DNA from: Myxococcota bacterium
Lineage (GTDB): Bacteria; Myxococcota_A; UBA9160; UBA4427
NCBI GenBank assembly: GCA_036336835.1
Contig: JAYZFK010000060.1
Span: forward strand, 1 to 17,983
Length of the DNA stretch: 17,983 nt
Direction: 5' to 3'
Shown here: one piece after another, positions 14,855 through 17,983 of the stretch
How the letters are laid out: the number at the start of each line of letters is the position of its first letter
Position numbering within the stretch: the first letter of the stretch is position 1
The notes under the pieces: model-generated
The model's database searches: none
The model's input: the letters and a program-made list of their open reading frames with translations, nothing else
Told to the model about the DNA's origin: nothing
Position numbers and translations under genes: made by a program

Positions 14855-15817
14855 ATGACAGAACCGAAGCTCTTCATCGACAGCCGACTGCTGTCGGCGT
14901 TGATCGTCGAGCTCGAGGACGAGCTCGGCTATCAGACGGCGGCACGCACGTTGTTCCTGATCGGGCTGACCCACGGCCTGCGCGATGCAGACCGGGCCGT
15001 GGGACAGGGACTCCTTTCGCTCGGCGACCTGCCCGATCCCGTCGGCGCCTGGACCCCCGCGGTGCGCACTGCCCTGCCGATGGATCTCGCAGTCCCAACG
15101 GCCGGTCCAACGGGCCACGAGCTCCGCGGGAGCTGGCCCGAGCACCACGAGGCCGCCGCCTGGACCAGCAAGTTCGGCCCGGCCGACGACGCGTCGTGCT
15201 GGCTCTCCGCCGGCTACACATCGGGCTGGCTGTCGGGCACGCTCGGCAGCGACATGCTCGCGCTCGAGAGCAACTGCGTCGCCTGCGGCGACGAGCAGTG
15301 CCGCTTCGTCGCACGCGAGATCGCGGGCTGGGACGCGGCCGCACCTGATGCGCAGCGCGAGCTGCTCGGTCCGATCGACTTCGAGGTGTTTCGGGCGCTC
15401 GCCTTGCGCAGCCCCTCTTCGGCACCCGAGCTGATCGAGAGCCAGGGCGCGTTCGACCCCAAGGCGCCCCAGGTCCACATCTGGGGCCCGGTGAAGATCC
15501 TGCCCTTCACCGACGGGGACCAGATCCTGCGTACCGCCGAGGCACTGTCGCGGGACCCGGGCACCGGCGAGATCTCCGCCGTCGTGGTCGATCTGCGGGG
15601 CGCCGTACTCGATGACGACTTCGGGGCGGCCGCCATCGAGCGCGTGCTCGCGACGATCGAGGCGTGGGGCGCCGAGCCGATCCTGACGGGCGTCTCCCCT
15701 CTCTCCGAAGAGGTCGTCGAGTCGCTCGAGTCCGGACACCTGCTGATGCGCAAGACCTTCGAGGAAGCCATCGCGACCGCCTTCCTGGTCAGCCTGGCAC
15801 AGCGCCACGCCGCCTGA
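14855..15817 (+). CDS. XylR-N/V4R sensor domain fused to a STAS (RsbR-like) domain
   Basis: LSALIVELEDELG..ARTLFLIGLTHGLRDA (XylR-N-like); CWLSAGYTSGWLS..ESNCVACGDEQCRF (V4R C/E/C/C); C-terminal VVVDLRGA..GAEPILTGVSP (STAS). ATG 14855 has a GGAGG RBS; GTG 14780 is an alternative start. Confidence 0.82.
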   Translation: MTEPKLFIDSRLLSALIVELEDELGYQTAARTLFLIGLTHGLRDADRAVGQGLLSLGDLPDPVGAWTPAVRTALPMDLAVPTAGPTGHELRGSWPEHHEAAAWTSKFGPADDASCWLSAGYTSGWLSGTLGSDMLALESNCVACGDEQCRFVAREIAGWDAAAPDAQRELLGPIDFEVFRALALRSPSSAPELIESQGAFDPKAPQVHIWGPVKILPFTDGDQILRTAEALSRDPGTGEISAVVVDLRGAVLDDDFGAAAIERVLATIEAWGAEPILTGVSPLSEEVVESLESGHLLMRKTFEEAIATAFLVSLAQRHAA

Positions 15818-15855
15818 CATCAAGCCACTCGGTCGATCGCCCGAACCGGAATACG

Positions 15856-17340
15856 ATGGTTTCGACGACCGGAATGACCCACGACCTGTCGACGACGACG
15901 CTCGCCGAGCGACTCGTCGCGTTGCAGTGCGATCGCGCAAGCGGCGAGCTCGTGCTCGAACGCGGGCGCGCGCGCAAGACCTTCGGCATGTTCGATGGAA
16001 ACCTGGTATCGGTCGAGAGCTCGCTCCCCAGCGAGGCCTTGTGCACCCGGCTCCGCGACGCAGGACAGCTGGGTGCCCAGCAGATCGAGCGCGTCGAGCG
16101 GCTTGCGAACGAGCAGGGCACGACGCAGGTCGCCGCGCTCGCGAGTCTCCGGTTCCTCGCGCCGAAACAGCTGTTCCAGGCAATCCGCGAGCGCATCATC
16201 GCATGCGCGAGTGAGGCGGTGCTGTGGACGCACGGCTGCGAGCGCTTCGACGCAACGAGCGTTCCCTCCGAGCGCACTCACGCCTTTCGCTGTGACGTGT
16301 TGCCGCTGGTCCACGCCACGCTCTGCAACGCCTGGCCGGCCGAACGAATCGCGAACGACCTAGCGTCCCGCTTCGCAGAACATCCGGTGCCGCTCGACGG
16401 TCTCGCTCAGAGAATGCGCTGCTGGATCGGGGACGATGCCGCGGCGCTGCGTCTGCTCTCGCTGCTCGATGGCAGTCGCACAATCGAGGCAGTGATCGCT
16501 GCGACCTTCCGCGAGCCGGCACTGCTGACGGCCCTCTGGATCGCCGACCGCGCCCGACTGATCCGCTATGGCGACAAGCCCCGGTCGGGCGCCGGGGATG
16601 CGTCGCCGATCGAGATCGAGATCGAAGTCACGACGACTGAAACGAAGACGGCGAGCCCGAGCGACGGCGACGCCAGCGCGCAGTCAGGCAATCCGTCGCC
16701 CGAGGCCGAGGAAGTCCGCAAAGAAGTGCTCGCACTCCACGAGCAGATCGACCGGAGCACCCACTACGAAATCCTCCGCATCGCGGCCGAGTCCCCCGCG
16801 GCCGCGATCAAGCGGGCGTACTTCAAGGCCGCCAAGCGGTACCACCCGGACAGGCTGGCCCGCCTCGGCGTCGAGGACGTGAAGGGCCAGGCGTCGGAGG
16901 TGTTCGCCGCGATCGCCGAGGCCCACGAACTGCTCTCGGACGCCGAGCGGCGGGGCGACTACGACCAGCTGCTCGCGACTGGCGACGTCGCAGATGATGT
17001 GGACGTGACCCGCATCGCGCAGGCCGAGGGCTTCTTCCGCAAGGGGCAGGTGCTGGTCAAGATGGGGAACTTCCGCGCTGCAGTCGAGCTGCTCGAGACG
17101 GCTGTCGAGCTGTGGCCCGACGAGTGCGTCTACCAGGCGACGCTCGGGTGGGCCCGCTTCCGCCAGACCCCGCCCGATCATCGCGGCGCGGCCGAGGCAC
17201 TGCGCCGCGCGGTGGACATCGACCCAGAGGACGCCCAGGCGCACCGCTGGCTGAGTCAGGCGCTGCACGCACTGGGCGACGCAGCTGACGCCGCCGAGCA
17301 CGCCGCCCGCGCGAGCCGTCTGGATCCGACGGTCGACTAG
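15856..17340 (+). CDS. J-domain protein with DUF4388/PATAN-like N-terminus and C-terminal TPRs
   Basis: J domain HYEILRI..IKRAYFKAAKRYHPD..F..IAEAHELLSD..RR.DYD; TPR-like helices (AEGFFRKG..AVELWPDE..LGWA..AVDIDPEDAQAH); N-terminal ASGELVLERGRARKTFGMFDGNLVSVES. Start is 15856 or 15874. Confidence 0.88.
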   Translation: MVSTTGMTHDLSTTTLAERLVALQCDRASGELVLERGRARKTFGMFDGNLVSVESSLPSEALCTRLRDAGQLGAQQIERVERLANEQGTTQVAALASLRFLAPKQLFQAIRERIIACASEAVLWTHGCERFDATSVPSERTHAFRCDVLPLVHATLCNAWPAERIANDLASRFAEHPVPLDGLAQRMRCWIGDDAAALRLLSLLDGSRTIEAVIAATFREPALLTALWIADRARLIRYGDKPRSGAGDASPIEIEIEVTTTETKTASPSDGDASAQSGNPSPEAEEVRKEVLALHEQIDRSTHYEILRIAAESPAAAIKRAYFKAAKRYHPDRLARLGVEDVKGQASEVFAAIAEAHELLSDAERRGDYDQLLATGDVADDVDVTRIAQAEGFFRKGQVLVKMGNFRAAVELLETAVELWPDECVYQATLGWARFRQTPPDHRGAAEALRRAVDIDPEDAQAHRWLSQALHALGDAADAAEHAARASRLDPTVD

Positions 17341-17983
17341 CGCGGTAGCGCCAGGTCGCGGAGCGCGTCGCGCGCGGCTGTATTCGCGCGAAGGGCGAAG
17401 CCCCCGGGCCACGCGCTGCCCAGTCGGCTGGCGCGCAGCACGATTCGCTCGCCAGAGCGCTCCCTCCACCAGAGCTCGGCCGAATCCTGTCCCGCACGCG
17501 ATAGCGGCTGTCCCCAGCCCGACCGGGCCGCCAGCTCGGCGAATACCCGCGCGGTCGCAGCCGCCTCCGGGCCGAGCGAGTCGCGCCGCAGCACCGTGCC
17601 GGCTGGCAGCGCATACAGCGCCGCCAGCGTGGGATCGCGCAGCGGCGCACCGCGGAGCACCGCCCGTGCCCGCAAGCGGACCTCGCTCGGTGCAACCTGC
17701 ATCACCGTCGGGCCGCCTCTTGCGTGGGACGAGTACCCGATCGCGTGGCCCAGCTCGTGGAGCAGGGTCGCCAACAGCTCGAGCTCGTCGAGTGCGACGA
17801 GACGGCCCAGCCAATCGAAGCGCGAGCGCCGGATCCGCACCGAGGCCGCCTCGAGCTGGGCGCGCAGGCGTTCGCCGGAGCGCGCGCCGGCGAACGCGTT
17901 GTCGACGCGACAGTCGGCGACTGCATCGCCGCTACCGACCGTCGACGGATCACCAGTGGCCGTTGCGTCTTCGAACGCGACGG
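17337..17983 (-). CDS. Putative zinc metallopeptidase (metzincin/matrixin-like), 5'-truncated by window edge
   Basis: The frame is open from 17981 to the stop at 17337. LLHELGHAIGYSSH zinc motif is followed by PTVM (candidate Met-turn) and D..LAALY. The stop overlaps the J-domain gene stop (CTAG). Confidence 0.7.
   Translation of the reverse strand, partial: VAFEDATATGDPSTVGSGDAVADCRVDNAFAGARSGERLRAQLEAASVRIRRSRFDWLGRLVALDELELLATLLHELGHAIGYSSHARGGPTVMQVAPSEVRLRARAVLRGAPLRDPTLAALYALPAGTVLRRDSLGPEAAATARVFAELAARSGWGQPLSRAGQDSAELWWRERSGERIVLRASRLGSAWPGGFALRANTAARDALRDLALPR

Noticed and set aside
1..17983. CRISPR arrays, tandem repeats, IS elements or prophage genes
   Set aside because: None seen on reading either strand, and nearly all sequence is explained by intact coding genes.

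Overview
GC-rich, gene-dense bacterial chromosomal DNA. The gene content (sigma-54 enhancer protein, V4R-STAS, a J-domain/TPR protein) suggests a Myxococcota/deltaproteobacterial-type genome, which is an inference. The left ~10 kb looks like one signalling-to-envelope module. A minus-strand operon (single-domain receiver, COG4671-type glycosyltransferase, WcaL-like GT4, and an AlgE-family export porin running off the left edge) lies behind a perfect sigma-54 -24/-12 promoter. It is divergent from an NtrC-family activator, next to a convergent PDZ-like/multi-TM/GAF histidine kinase with an atypical H-box, and that kinase is head-to-head (18 bp) with lnt plus a translationally coupled lipoprotein. 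The right part holds tRNA-Glu(TTC), an AlkA-family glycosylase and a degenerate AAA+ ATPase sharing a 40-bp bidirectional leaderless-type promoter, an orphan rfbB, and a REC-HD-GYP phosphodiesterase plus V4R-STAS protein behind a sigma-28-like promoter. It ends with a J-domain/TPR protein and a partial metzincin-like protease. No CRISPR array, integrase or transposase was seen. All calls come from manual motif reading; no searches were run.
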